Notes under the pieces: generated by a model
The model's input: only the letters and a program-made list of their open reading frames with translations
Told to the model about the DNA's origin: nothing
Databases searched by the model: none
Program-made: the position numbers and the translations under genes
In this document: positions 54,181 to 64,000 of the stretch, piece after piece
Layout: each line of letters begins with the position of its first letter
How positions within the stretch are numbered: the first letter of the stretch is position 1
DNA from: Myxococcota bacterium
GTDB taxonomy: Bacteria > Myxococcota_A > UBA796 > CAJQPC01
Direction of reading: 5' to 3'
Assembly: GCA_036229005.1 (NCBI GenBank)
Contig: JAZAMN010000059.1
Span: 32,001-96,000 of the forward strand
Length of the DNA: 64,000 nt

Positions 54181-55506
54181 TCAGCTACCGCTGAACTGGA
54201 CATTCGCGAAGAACAGGGTGGGCAGACGGTAGGACGCGAAGGTCCAGGGGTCGTTGTCTGCCTCGATGAAGGCCGCCATCAGCTCCAGCAGGTTGCCGCT
54301 GACGTTCATCTCCGAGAGGTTCTGCACCCACTCTCCGTTCTCGAAGAGCTGGCCTCGGATTCCAAAGGAGTAGTTCCCGCTGGCCGGGTTCGAGTTGCCC
54401 CCCAGGAAGGAGGTCACCCGGATGGCCTTGGGGTGGTCCTTGGCGATCTCCCGCCAGTGCCGCGTTCCGGGCGCCATCACCACGTTGCTGGTGCCGCCCG
54501 TGGTGGGCTCCATCTCCAGCTTGCGGGCGTGGTACAGGTCCAGCAGGTAGGTGTCCAGGCGCCCGTTGGTGAACAGGCTGCGGGTGCGGGCCTTGCGGCC
54601 GTCGCCGTCAAAGGGCTTGGAGCCCATGCCCCGGGGGATGGTGGGGTCGTCGACCAGCGTGAACGCGCTGGAGCCCAGGGTCTGTCCCAGCTTGCCCAGG
54701 TACATGGACCGGCCGGTGTGCAGGTTTCCCCCGGACATCGGGGCGATCATCGCGCCGATCAGCCGGCTCGCGGTGCGCCGGTCCAGGATCAGCGTGTAGC
54801 TGCCAGAGGCGCAGGCCGAGGTGTTGCGGACCTCGGTGGCGCGCTCCCAGAGGTCGTCCGCCAGGTGCTGCACGCTGGGCACGTCGGCCATGTGCGAGGC
54901 GTTGTAGAAGCTGTAGGTCTCGGGCAGCTTGCCGGAGGGCTCCTTGAGGGTGAGCATCCCCCCCTGCCCAAAGTGGGTGCGGGCCTGCTGGGCCGAGAAG
55001 CCATTGGAGAACACCGCCGCAGATTGGGAGCGGACCTCCCAGATGTAGCTGGTGGCCGAGACGAGGTCACCGGTGGCGCCCGCGAGGATGGTGTCCTCGA
55101 GCTCCTTGATGGCCTCCTGGCGCTGCTCGGGGCCCCGGGCGTTCATGCTCGCGGCGTCGTCGTTGTCCAGACTGACCGGGTCCAGGGAGCCCATCTCGTC
55201 GAAGGGGAGCATCACCCGGTCCGGGTCTGGCTCCAGGTAGCGGGTGCCGTCGACGGCGCGCTGCAGGAAGGCCTTGAGGGCCTCCGGACGCAGGTCGCTG
55301 GTGCCGTGGGTGGAGTAGCGCCCGTCCACCAGCAGGCTCACCGAGAGCCCCAAGGTCGACGACTCATGCACGCGCTCCAGCTTTCCGGCGCGCTGCTGCA
55401 GCTCGACCTCGACGCCCTGGGAGCTCCAGGCCTTGACCTGCTCCGCGCCCATGTTCGTGGCCAGCTCCACCGCCTTCGCGGCTGCATCCATCAGCTCAGA
55501 CATCAC
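54181..55506 (-). CDS. pmbA: TldE/PmbA-family protein
   Basis: DDPT, PFDGDG, NPASGNYS, NVSGN; no HExxxH. Confidence 0.88.
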   Translation of the reverse strand: MMSELMDAAAKAVELATNMGAEQVKAWSSQGVEVELQQRAGKLERVHESSTLGLSVSLLVDGRYSTHGTSDLRPEALKAFLQRAVDGTRYLEPDPDRVMLPFDEMGSLDPVSLDNDDAASMNARGPEQRQEAIKELEDTILAGATGDLVSATSYIWEVRSQSAAVFSNGFSAQQARTHFGQGGMLTLKEPSGKLPETYSFYNASHMADVPSVQHLADDLWERATEVRNTSACASGSYTLILDRRTASRLIGAMIAPMSGGNLHTGRSMYLGKLGQTLGSSAFTLVDDPTIPRGMGSKPFDGDGRKARTRSLFTNGRLDTYLLDLYHARKLEMEPTTGGTSNVVMAPGTRHWREIAKDHPKAIRVTSFLGGNSNPASGNYSFGIRGQLFENGEWVQNLSEMNVSGNLLELMAAFIEADNDPWTFASYRLPTLFFANVQFSGS

Positions 55507-56942
55507 TCGCCTCCCACGACCAGGCTGGCCACGCGCACGGTGGGCTGCCCCTGTGAGACGGGCACCCCCTGTCCATCCTTTCCACAGGTCCAGCCGCCCT
55601 CGTCGAGCACCAGATCCGAGCCCACCATGTCCACCTGCTCCAGGGCCGCGGGCCCGTTGCCGATGATGTTCACGTCCTTGATCGGGCGCGTCAGCTTGCC
55701 GTCCTCGATCAGGTACCCGGTCTTCATGTAGAAGGTGAAATCACCCGCGCCGATCTGCACCGCCCCGTTGGAGAAGGAGGTCGCGTAGATGCCGCGCTTG
55801 GTGTTCTTGATGATCTCCTCGGGGTCGTGCGGGCCCGGGTCCATGTAGGTCGACCGCATGCGCGGCAGGGGGTGGTGCCGGAAGCTCTGCCGGCGGCCGC
55901 TGCCCGTGGGCGCCACGCCGTAGTGGCTGGCCGAGATCTCATCGTGCATGTACGAGCGCAGCACGCCGTTCTCGATGAGCACGGTGCGCTCGGGCTCGTT
56001 GCCCTCGTCGTCCACGTTGATTGCCCCGCGGGCCCCGGGGACGGTGCCGTCGTCGACCACGGTCACAAAGTCCGGGGCCACCTTCTGGTCCATGCGCGCG
56101 GCGTAGATGCTCACGCCCTTGCGGTTGAAGTCGGCCTCCAGGCCGTGCCCGATGGCCTCATGCAGCAGGATTCCGCTGGCGCCCGCGGCCAGGACCACCG
56201 GCATGTCCCCAGCGGGGGGCTTGCCCGCGTCCAACAGGAAGAGCGTGCGCTCGACGGCCTTCTGCACCATGCGGTCGATGCGGGCCTGGTCCGAGTAGAA
56301 CTCCAGGCCAGCGCGCTGGGCCAGGTTGTAGGAGTTGGACTCCCGGACGTCCCCCTGGACCGCCGTGCACACCACGTGGGCCCGGGTCATCGGCTGGTAG
56401 TCCTCGGCCATGCGGCCGTCCGGCCGGGCCAGCAGGATCCACTTCTCGACGTCGGCCAGGCTGGTCTGCACCTTCTCGATGCGGGGATCCAGCTTGAACG
56501 CCGCCTCTTCCCAGGCGCGCACCATGGGCACCCGCTTGTCCATGCCCACGATCGACCAGGGGTCGGTCACCGGGTAGCGGTCCGGCAGGGCCAGGGGGCT
56601 CAGGTCCACCGGCGCGACCCCAGGGGTGCTCCGGGCGATGCCCGCGGCCGTACGGGCAGCGCGCAGCATGGCCTCCAGGCTGAGGTCCTCGGTGAAGGCG
56701 TAGCCGATCTGGTCGCCCACCCGGGCGCGCACGCCCAGGCCCAGGTCCACGTCGGTGGAGGCCCGGTTCACCTTGGAGTCGGTGAGCGCCACGGCGGTGC
56801 TGACCTTGTGCTCAAAGAAGAGGTCACAGTCCGTGGCCCCCAGGGACAGGGCAGCGCGCATCACCTGGTCCAGGACCTCGGGGGTGATGCCGAACTGCTC
56901 AAAGTGCCCCGGCGCGGCCGGGTTCAGCTCATTGGGATGCAT
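55503..56942 (-). CDS. tldD: TldD metalloprotease
   Basis: LHEAIGHGLEAD, DDEG, PRM, CGKDGQ. Confidence 0.93.
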   Translation of the reverse strand: MHPNELNPAAPGHFEQFGITPEVLDQVMRAALSLGATDCDLFFEHKVSTAVALTDSKVNRASTDVDLGLGVRARVGDQIGYAFTEDLSLEAMLRAARTAAGIARSTPGVAPVDLSPLALPDRYPVTDPWSIVGMDKRVPMVRAWEEAAFKLDPRIEKVQTSLADVEKWILLARPDGRMAEDYQPMTRAHVVCTAVQGDVRESNSYNLAQRAGLEFYSDQARIDRMVQKAVERTLFLLDAGKPPAGDMPVVLAAGASGILLHEAIGHGLEADFNRKGVSIYAARMDQKVAPDFVTVVDDGTVPGARGAINVDDEGNEPERTVLIENGVLRSYMHDEISASHYGVAPTGSGRRQSFRHHPLPRMRSTYMDPGPHDPEEIIKNTKRGIYATSFSNGAVQIGAGDFTFYMKTGYLIEDGKLTRPIKDVNIIGNGPAALEQVDMVGSDLVLDEGGWTCGKDGQGVPVSQGQPTVRVASLVVGGE

Positions 56943-56963
56943 GCGTGTGGACTCCGTTCTTCC

Positions 56964-58877
56964 TCAATTTGAACCCATAACCGTCGAGGGCAAGGCCCAC
57001 TGGGCCGCCCCGTTCTGGACCCAGCGCGCGTGGACATCGATCCACCAGGCGCGGAGCGCGGCCCCATCGCAGTCGCCCTCCCAGTCCTCATCACAGCCGG
57101 TGGCGTAGTCCCAGCTCCCCAGATCCGGCAGGTGATAGCTCCAGATCGACCCCTCGGCCCGCATGGCCAGCGCCCGGTGCAGCGAGAGGTCGAGCTGCGC
57201 CAGGTCCCGCTCCGAGAGCTCCTGCCCCGCCCCCCGCCCGAGCACAAAGCACTCCCGCAGCAGCAGGGTCCCGCAGCCCTCGTACGAGAAGGCGGCCCGA
57301 CTGTCCGAGGGCACAAAGCGCACGGGGCCCCCCACATCGTGGCCCGCATCCGCCGCCGTGGCCGCGCTCCAGGGCTGCCAATCATGGAGCCCCAGCGGCC
57401 AGCCCTCCTTGGCCCGCGGGTCCCCGCCGTGCGGAACGGCGTCCAGCACCGACATGCCCTGAAAGCCCACCACCGCCGGGACCGAGAGCCCCTCCAGAGC
57501 CGCGACCCAGTCCTCACCGTCATCCCACATGGGCGCCATGCCGCTCCAGTGCAGCGGCTCGACCCCAAGGCCAGCAACGTCCTGCGCCCCCGCCTCCAGA
57601 AAGTCCGCCACGCAGGCCTGATCCGCACCGCAGCCCGAGGTCTCGTGCACCAGCACGCCGAACTCCACCCGGTCCAGCGCCAGCAAGGCCTCCAGGGGCT
57701 CCAGCTCCTGGCACTGCTGCACGCGCCGGGCGTAGTGCGGGGTGATGTCGAGCGCCGTGGTGCCGGGCATCTCCGCCAGCAGCCGCCGGTTCCGGACCGC
57801 GTTGCCCACATAGTGGCGCACGGACACATCCCCCGTGCAGGGCGCGTCCTCGTCGGGGGACCGGGGCTTCTCCAGGAAGCTCTGGGCATGGATCCCCAGC
57901 GGTGGGCCCTCCAGCAGCGGGCGCTCATCGACGTAGACCTCGACCCCCTGGGCGTCCAGCACCAGCACCTCGAAGCTGGGCAGCGTCGCCACGTCCAGCA
58001 GCTCCCCCTGGATCAGCAGCTCGGCCTCGCCATCCTCCAGGCGCCAGAGCCCGGCGTCCCCCACCGCGTACAGCGCCTCCCCCAGCCCAGCGATGCGCCA
58101 CACGCTGTCGTCCTGCCAGATCCCCCCTCCAGGGTCCCGCAGGCCGCCCTCCCCCAGCGCGACCCACACCCCGTCGGCGGCCTCCTCGATGTCCTCGACC
58201 GACCCGATCCCCGGCAGGTCCAGGCCACCCGTGAGCCCGGTGGTGGTCCCGACAAGGTCCCCCTCCATCACCTGCACCCCCTCCGGGAGAGAGAGGAGCT
58301 GCTGGACCTCCAGGCTCTCGAGGTCCACCACGAACACCCCTTGGTCAGTCCCCACCCACAGCACCCCGTCCACCAGCGAGGCACTGCTGACCCCGCTCAA
58401 GCCAAGGTCGGTGACCTCGACGGCGCGCAGCCAGTCCCAGGGGTGGGTCTGCAGGGGATCCAGGTCCAGGCGGTGCAGGAGGCCCTGTCCGGACACCCCC
58501 CACCCCGTCTCCCCATCCGGAGAGATCGCCAGCGCCGCAAAGCGCGGCTGCACGCCCCGGTTGAGCTCGACCTCGCCGCTCTGGCAGTCGCCCTGGCGCT
58601 CCCCCGACTCGGAGACGGCCGGGAACTTCCACGCGGGCAGACAGGCAGCGCTGGGGCCGTGCTCATGGCGCGCGTCCAGGACCCGGGTCGAGCCCTGCTG
58701 GAGCACGAAGCTCAGGGGCTGTTGGCGCTGGACCACCAGGGCGCGGGGTTCGGTCAGCTCAAGCTCGGTGCGGAGCATGAAGCGGAAGTCGTCCACCGGG
58801 ACCGCGGGCCAGTCCGCCCAGGGGTCGGCGCTGTCTTGGGGCGGAGCGCAGCGGCAGGCCAGGAGCATCCAGAGCAC
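56964..58877 (-). CDS. Hypothetical lipoprotein (propeller-like N-half, alpha/beta C-half)
   Basis: LLAC lipobox-like start; LWVGTDQG and VWVALGEGGL blades; GC-biased coding frame. Confidence 0.65.
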   Translation of the reverse strand: MLWMLLACRCAPPQDSADPWADWPAVPVDDFRFMLRTELELTEPRALVVQRQQPLSFVLQQGSTRVLDARHEHGPSAACLPAWKFPAVSESGERQGDCQSGEVELNRGVQPRFAALAISPDGETGWGVSGQGLLHRLDLDPLQTHPWDWLRAVEVTDLGLSGVSSASLVDGVLWVGTDQGVFVVDLESLEVQQLLSLPEGVQVMEGDLVGTTTGLTGGLDLPGIGSVEDIEEAADGVWVALGEGGLRDPGGGIWQDDSVWRIAGLGEALYAVGDAGLWRLEDGEAELLIQGELLDVATLPSFEVLVLDAQGVEVYVDERPLLEGPPLGIHAQSFLEKPRSPDEDAPCTGDVSVRHYVGNAVRNRRLLAEMPGTTALDITPHYARRVQQCQELEPLEALLALDRVEFGVLVHETSGCGADQACVADFLEAGAQDVAGLGVEPLHWSGMAPMWDDGEDWVAALEGLSVPAVVGFQGMSVLDAVPHGGDPRAKEGWPLGLHDWQPWSAATAADAGHDVGGPVRFVPSDSRAAFSYEGCGTLLLRECFVLGRGAGQELSERDLAQLDLSLHRALAMRAEGSIWSYHLPDLGSWDYATGCDEDWEGDCDGAALRAWWIDVHARWVQNGAAQWALPSTVMGSN

Positions 58878-58919
58878 GGGATCAGGCTATCCCAGCCGAC
58901 CGATGGTCGCTGGGGGGCC

Positions 58920-60290
58920 TCAGGGGGCGGCCAGGGGGAGCTCCAGCACAAAGAGCGCGCCGGGGCCGTCGATGGGCATCAGGCGTACATCTCCGCCGTG
59001 CTCCCGCGCCATGCGGCGGGCCAGACTCAGGCCCAGATCCCGCGCGGAGGCCGGCTCAAAGAGCTGCTCGCCCATCGCCTCGGGGATCCGGGGGCCGAAG
59101 TCCCGCACAAGGCAGTGGGCGCGGTCCCCGATCCGGCGGGTGTCGACCTCGATCCGCCCCGCCCGCTCCGCGCGGAGGACCGCGTTGTGGAGCAGCTTCC
59201 CGACGATCTGGTGGGCCACGGACTCCGTGACGGCGACCTGCGCCTCGCCAAGCCCCAGGGACACCTGCAGCTCAAGCTCGGGGCTGATGATCTCCATGCT
59301 GCGGAGCATCACCTGGCAGAGGTGGTCCAGCGAGCTCGTGCCCTGCGCCGCCCAGGGGCCGTCCAGCCGAAGCGCCTCGCGGGTGATCGTGCTGGCCTGC
59401 AGGAGCGCCACGGACATCTCCCGCAGCTCCTCGCGCTCGCCGTGCTCCTGGCTGAGCAGCTCCAGGTTGCCCCCCAACACCGCGAGCTGGTTCCGCATCT
59501 GCATGAGCGCCCCGCGATAGCCCGTCGCCTTGAGCGCCTGGTCATGCAGCTCCCGGACCACAGGCCCCTGCTCGGGGGCGGCGACGCTGCGCTCGGCCTC
59601 ACACACCGCCCCCCGGAGCGCACCCTCCCGCTCGCCGGCCACGAGCCCCATCTTCAAGCTGCGCTTGCGCCCGTCGAAACAGGTCAGCTCGACGACGCTG
59701 GTGGAGCCGGCGTTGTGTTGCTCACGGACCAGCGCGCTCCATTGGCCGTCGGGCAGGCGGCTGGCCAGGCTCGCGCGTCCGGCGGGCCAGCCCCCGAGCG
59801 CCGCGGAGAAGGCCTCGTTCCAGGTGAGCAGGTTCCCCTGCTGGTCCGCCTCGAAGAGCCCCACGGGGATGTCCGCGAAGAGGCGTCGGTAGCGCTCCTC
59901 CGCCACGCGCAGGGCGTCCTCCCGCCGCTGCGACTCCATGGCGCGCTCGATGATGTTGGCCATCGAGCCCGCCTCCCAGGGCTTGCGCATGTAGTGCCAG
60001 ACGCGCCCCTGCTGGATCGCCCGCACCACGTCCCCCGGCTCGGAGAAGTAGCCGGTGAGCAGGATGCGGATGGCCCGGGGCTGCTCCTCGGCGAACCAGG
60101 CCAGGAAGTCCACGCCGGTCTCCCGCGGGAGGCGGTCGTCGCTGATCACGACGTCGATGCGGCGCTCGGCCACGATCTCCCGCGCCAGCTCGGCCGAGCC
60201 GGCCTTGAACACCTGGAAGTCATCCTCGAAGGTGGCTTCCAGACTCTCCAGGACCAACTCGTCGTCGTCGACGACCAGCAAGACAGGCAT
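58920..60290 (-). CDS. Receiver-PAS-degenerate histidine kinase hybrid
   Basis: LVVDDD, ISDDRLP, LLTG, KPW; RYRRLF PAS entry; H-box reads LMQMRNQL; alternative GTG start at 60308. Confidence 0.82.
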   Translation of the reverse strand: MPVLLVVDDDELVLESLEATFEDDFQVFKAGSAELAREIVAERRIDVVISDDRLPRETGVDFLAWFAEEQPRAIRILLTGYFSEPGDVVRAIQQGRVWHYMRKPWEAGSMANIIERAMESQRREDALRVAEERYRRLFADIPVGLFEADQQGNLLTWNEAFSAALGGWPAGRASLASRLPDGQWSALVREQHNAGSTSVVELTCFDGRKRSLKMGLVAGEREGALRGAVCEAERSVAAPEQGPVVRELHDQALKATGYRGALMQMRNQLAVLGGNLELLSQEHGEREELREMSVALLQASTITREALRLDGPWAAQGTSSLDHLCQVMLRSMEIISPELELQVSLGLGEAQVAVTESVAHQIVGKLLHNAVLRAERAGRIEVDTRRIGDRAHCLVRDFGPRIPEAMGEQLFEPASARDLGLSLARRMAREHGGDVRLMPIDGPGALFVLELPLAAP

Positions 60291-60387
60291 GGTGGGGGTC
60301 GAGTCCACTGAGACGGAGTCCTCGTTGCCCCAAAAGGATACCCCCCGCGAGGCCACCAAGGCGCACTCAGCCCTCTCCCAGGGGCAG

Positions 60388-61410
60388 GTGCACACCCTCG
60401 CAGGCCCCCTCGCCGCCTTGCTGAACGAGCGCGCCACCCGGCAGGCACAGGCCACGCTCTCGCTGGAGCTGGAGGAGGGGCTGTCGGGCGCGGACCGCCT
60501 TCGGCTGAGCTGGAGGGCCCACCCCCAGGGCCTGGATGGGCTCCGGGGCTCGCTATGGACCGATGCCCGCCAGCGAGGTGCGGCTGCCCTGAACGCACTC
60601 CCCGCCCCCATGGAGCAGCAACGCTCAGGCCTGCTGGGCCACCCCGAGCTGCACGGCGAGCTCTTCATCGCTCTTGTCTTTCACTTGCAGGAACCGCCGC
60701 CGGAGCGGGTCCCCACCGCACAGCTCGCGGGGCGAACGCACGACCGCTACTACCGTGAGCTCCCGGACATGCCGGGCGACCTGGACAGCGCGGCCGCCAT
60801 CCTCCTGAGCGGGCTGCCCCAGGTGGCTCACCTGCGCGAGCAGGCCCGGACCCGCCTGGAGTGGGCCCTGGCGCAGAGCCCCGTGCCCGTCTGGGAGTCT
60901 GGCGGCTGGTATGGCCCACACTGCCCCGCTGTCACCGGCCGGGCGCTGATGGCCGCGGGTGCGCTGGGCCTGAGCGTCCCCGACGCCGCCATCGCCCCCC
61001 TGCGCGCCATCCAGGGCTGGGCCCGCTCCCCCCACTACCCGGACGCCGTCGTGGCCAGCGCGCTGGTGCTGCGGGGTCTGGAGGCCGTTGGCCAGGACCA
61101 CCCGGGGCTCCGTCGACTGCTCGCGACCGCGCCCTGCGGGAGCTGGTCTCCCCTCGCCGTCGCCGCCAGCGTCGAGGCCGTGGGGCCCGCGCTCTCCCCG
61201 CGCCGCCGCGAGCAGCTCCTGGTCCGTCTGCTGCGCACCCAGCGCTTTGACGGCGCCTGGGGGCCCAGCCCCTGGTTCATGGTCCCCGCGCCCCAGGGAG
61301 GGATGCAGCCCTTTGGGGACGCCGCGTACACCACCGCGGCGGTCCTCAGTGCGCTGAGAGCACTCCAGCCTGCTCCTTGGCGGGACCTGCCAGGGGCAGC
61401 AGCACGCTGA
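60388..61410 (+). CDS. Prenyltransferase/squalene cyclase (QW-repeat)-like protein
   Basis: PGDLDSAA, QRFDGAW, YTTAAVL; start uncertain; 3' end overlaps the convergent kinase gene. Confidence 0.55.
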   Translation: MHTLAGPLAALLNERATRQAQATLSLELEEGLSGADRLRLSWRAHPQGLDGLRGSLWTDARQRGAAALNALPAPMEQQRSGLLGHPELHGELFIALVFHLQEPPPERVPTAQLAGRTHDRYYRELPDMPGDLDSAAAILLSGLPQVAHLREQARTRLEWALAQSPVPVWESGGWYGPHCPAVTGRALMAAGALGLSVPDAAIAPLRAIQGWARSPHYPDAVVASALVLRGLEAVGQDHPGLRRLLATAPCGSWSPLAVAASVEAVGPALSPRRREQLLVRLLRTQRFDGAWGPSPWFMVPAPQGGMQPFGDAAYTTAAVLSALRALQPAPWRDLPGAAAR

Positions 61411-63730
61411 AGCGCGCGCCCCCGTCCGGGGGATCGTCCTGCCAGATCCGCCCGCCGTGCAGCGTCACGAAGCTCGCGCACAGCGACAGCCCCAGCCCGG
61501 ACGCGTTGCTCTCGTCCCCGGTGGTCTCGAAGGGGTCGAACAGGGTGCGCTGCAGCTCCGGGGGGATGCCCGGGCCCTGGTCCTGGACCACCAGCAGCAG
61601 GTCGTCGCCCTTCTCCTGGAAGCGCAGGGTGATGACCCCCTCCGCCGGGCTCATCTTCACCGCGTTGTGGAGCAGGTTGTAGAGCACCTGGTGCACCAGC
61701 ACGGGGTAGCCGTTGAGGCGCGGCGGGTCCCCCTCCACCACCAGCTTGAGGCCCTTGCGGTCCATGCGCTTCTGCAGCAGGCGCTGGGAGATGGCCAGCC
61801 CCTCCATGGGGTCGAAGCGCTGGAGGCGGTCGATGCCCGGCCGCGAGAACACCTGCAGGTTGCGGATGATCTCGCTGGCGCGCCGCACGCCGTCCTGGGT
61901 GAGCCGGCCGAACTTCATGGCCCGCTCGACCTTCCCCTTCTCCAGCGCGGTCATGAGCTGATCCATGCTGGAGAGGGCCACCCCCAGCGGCGAGGAGAGC
62001 TCGTGCCCGATGCCCGCCGACAGGGTGCTCAGCGCGGCGACCCGCTCCCAGCGAAAGGAGCGCAGCCGCGCCTCGTCGCGCTCCGCCGTGCGGCGCTCCA
62101 CCAACACCTCGAGCCCGCGGTTCAGGTCCTGGATGGTCTCGAGCGCCATCCGGTGCGAGGCGGTGGCTCCCATCGCCGCGGAGGCCGACTGCAGCGCCTG
62201 CAGATCCCGGGGCATGGGCAGAGGTCCGGGGCCCTTCCCGACGACCACGGCGCCGACCAGCCCCTGCGAGGTGCCCACCGGGATCAGCAGCTCGCCCTGG
62301 TGAGCGTCCAGCCACGCCTGGGCGGCGTCCTCCCGCTGGCTGTCGGAGAGCACCGGAGCCGTCGTGGGCATGCCCTCAAGGGGGAGGTCCTCAGACGCCG
62401 GATCCGAGCGGAGGATGAGGTGAACGGGGCGACTCCCGGTCACGGCCCGCACCCTGGACAAGAAGGCCTCCCGCGCAGCCTCCAGGCTGTCCATGCCAGC
62501 GAGGTCATGGGGGAGCCGCTCCAGGGCCTCCCGGGCCGCCTGCTGTTCACGCCCCAGGGCCTGCGGGACCATGCCCAGCAGCAGACCAGCCGCCGGGATC
62601 AGCAGGAAGAGGGGGACCGAGATCCGCTCGGTGGCCGCGCCGTAGGCGATCACCAGCAGGGCCGCGGCGCCCACCGCACCGGACCACTGCAGCACGCTGC
62701 GCAGCAGGAGCAGCCGGACGCGGCTGGCGGCCAGGCCCAGGCCGATGGAGATGGGGAGGAAGGCCAGCGCGGTCCCGACCATCAGTACGTCGGGGGGCAG
62801 GGGCTGGCCCAGCCAGTTGGGCGCGGAGAAGATCAGGGTGACGAACACCGTCGCCCCGAAGCCCCAGCCGATCCAGGCCGCCTGCAGGCGCTGCACCACC
62901 TGGCGGCTCTTGATGGCCCCGTAGATCAGCGCGCCCACCGCCCCAAAGGTGGGGATGAAGGTGGAGACCTGGATGACACCCGAGTAGGTGAACAGGTCCA
63001 GCAGGATGGCGACCGGGGTCAGCGCCCAGCCCACGACCAGCATCCAGCGCACGCGGCGCTCCCGCACCAGGGGCTGGGGGAAGCTCAGGGCGAAGGCCAG
63101 CAGATGCAGCGTCCCGCCAAAGGCGCCGACCCCATTGATCAGGTGCTGGAACACGGAGACCCAGGTCGGCGCGAACACACCCCGCTGGGCGACGTAGAAG
63201 AGCGGGATGAGGTTCAAGGAGGCGCCGACGGCGACCAGCATCAGATCGCGCCCCAGCTTCCCGCCGTGTCGGCGCCCCGCCCAGAGCCCGCTGGCGGCCA
63301 CCAGCAGCGCAGCGAAGAGCGCGGCTGCGAAGCCCTTGCCGCCGCGTAGGGAGCTGCGCGGGGTGAGGAAGAGCTGCTGGCCATCCGCCAGGCGCACGGA
63401 GACGGAGTCGCTCTGGGCAGCGTTCAGCGCCTGCTGCAGCGCCACCCAGTCCAGGAGCGCGCCCATGCCGAAGCTGAGCGCGGGGTCGTGCACGAACTCG
63501 TCCGCGACGGAGACCCCAGCGATCTCCACCACGCACTGCTCTTGGACGACGAACTCGCAGTGCTGTCCGTCGCGGGGGGCCTCCAGCCCAAGACTGCGAC
63601 CTTGGGCCAGGCCCAGGAGCGAGAACAGGCTCGCCAGGAGAACCAAGAAGCCGGCTCCCCAGTAGCTCCAGGCGAGCCTCCTCTCAGCTTGCCATGTCGG
63701 GTCGGATTCCGGACTCGGCGCGCTCTTCAT
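61346..63730 (-). CDS. Membrane-bound sensor histidine kinase
   Basis: Many TM helices, GAF-like segment, GHELSSPL, NLLHNA, DQGPGI, FDPF, SGLGL. Confidence 0.9.
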   Translation of the reverse strand: MKSAPSPESDPTWQAERRLAWSYWGAGFLVLLASLFSLLGLAQGRSLGLEAPRDGQHCEFVVQEQCVVEIAGVSVADEFVHDPALSFGMGALLDWVALQQALNAAQSDSVSVRLADGQQLFLTPRSSLRGGKGFAAALFAALLVAASGLWAGRRHGGKLGRDLMLVAVGASLNLIPLFYVAQRGVFAPTWVSVFQHLINGVGAFGGTLHLLAFALSFPQPLVRERRVRWMLVVGWALTPVAILLDLFTYSGVIQVSTFIPTFGAVGALIYGAIKSRQVVQRLQAAWIGWGFGATVFVTLIFSAPNWLGQPLPPDVLMVGTALAFLPISIGLGLAASRVRLLLLRSVLQWSGAVGAAALLVIAYGAATERISVPLFLLIPAAGLLLGMVPQALGREQQAAREALERLPHDLAGMDSLEAAREAFLSRVRAVTGSRPVHLILRSDPASEDLPLEGMPTTAPVLSDSQREDAAQAWLDAHQGELLIPVGTSQGLVGAVVVGKGPGPLPMPRDLQALQSASAAMGATASHRMALETIQDLNRGLEVLVERRTAERDEARLRSFRWERVAALSTLSAGIGHELSSPLGVALSSMDQLMTALEKGKVERAMKFGRLTQDGVRRASEIIRNLQVFSRPGIDRLQRFDPMEGLAISQRLLQKRMDRKGLKLVVEGDPPRLNGYPVLVHQVLYNLLHNAVKMSPAEGVITLRFQEKGDDLLLVVQDQGPGIPPELQRTLFDPFETTGDESNASGLGLSLCASFVTLHGGRIWQDDPPDGGARFSVLLPLAGPAKEQAGVLSAH

Positions 63731-63932
63731 CAAAAGACTCGACCAGGGCTTCGGCGTCCACGGTCTCCAGAGGGAAGCCCCAGCTATCAGCGAGCTGGAC
63801 CAGGGCCTCTTCGCGACCGGGGGCGTCTGCGTTCAGGACAAAGCATGCCACGGCGAAGTGGTTCTCATGTCCGGGGGTCTTGCAGTAGTCGACAAAGGCC
63901 AGGGCCTTGTCGGAGGGGTTCTCGGGCAGCAT
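63684..63932 (-). CDS. Small acidic protein, weakly Nif11-like
   Basis: Strong RBS (GAGAGGAG) before the ATG; S..A.AF....K...E.LV.LA...GF...D pattern. Confidence 0.6.
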   Translation of the reverse strand: MLPENPSDKALAFVDYCKTPGHENHFAVACFVLNADAPGREEALVQLADSWGFPLETVDAEALVESFDEERAESGIRPDMAS

Positions 63933-64000
63933 TGTGTACTCCTCTCAGGGGTTCACGGGGTTGAAGACGCGCGGGCTCCGCGGCCCGCCAGCAGCGAGAG

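Overview
A 64 kb, very GC-rich bacterial chromosomal segment. Cys/Asp-repeat lipoproteins, an FHA regulator, a Ser/Thr kinase-like protein and sigma54 promoters suggest a Myxococcota-like organism (inference only). It holds about 40 genes and no recognisable rRNA, tRNA, CRISPR array, transposase or prophage. The left end is the 5' part of a sigma54-driven iterative PKS/PUFA-synthase-like gene that the ORF track misses. Next come a methyltransferase, a promoter-to-terminator small RNA candidate, Cys/Asp- and FG-GAP-repeat lipoproteins, a pentaheme cytochrome, tandem Zn-ribbon/TPR paralogues and an RsmB-family gene. A HisRS/HisZ paralogue abuts an enlarged histidine ammonia-lyase, followed by a serine hydrolase, CapA, a GH19+CHAP peptidoglycan hydrolase, a GATase and hisS. 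The right half holds an MFP-RND-RND-TolC efflux operon, mce-nagZ, an orphan flagellin with a vWA domain, an SdpA/SdpB-like pair, an RNB nuclease, cutA, a pseudokinase, an ATP-grasp ligase, tldD/pmbA and a two-component cluster. The strongest novelty candidates are the vWA-flagellin, the HisRS-paralogue/HAL pair, the C11-loop sRNA, the Thr-type ACP in the PKS, the sigma54-controlled dual-catalytic wall hydrolase and two inverted 31-bp repeat arrays. All calls come from reading motifs by eye; no database search was run.
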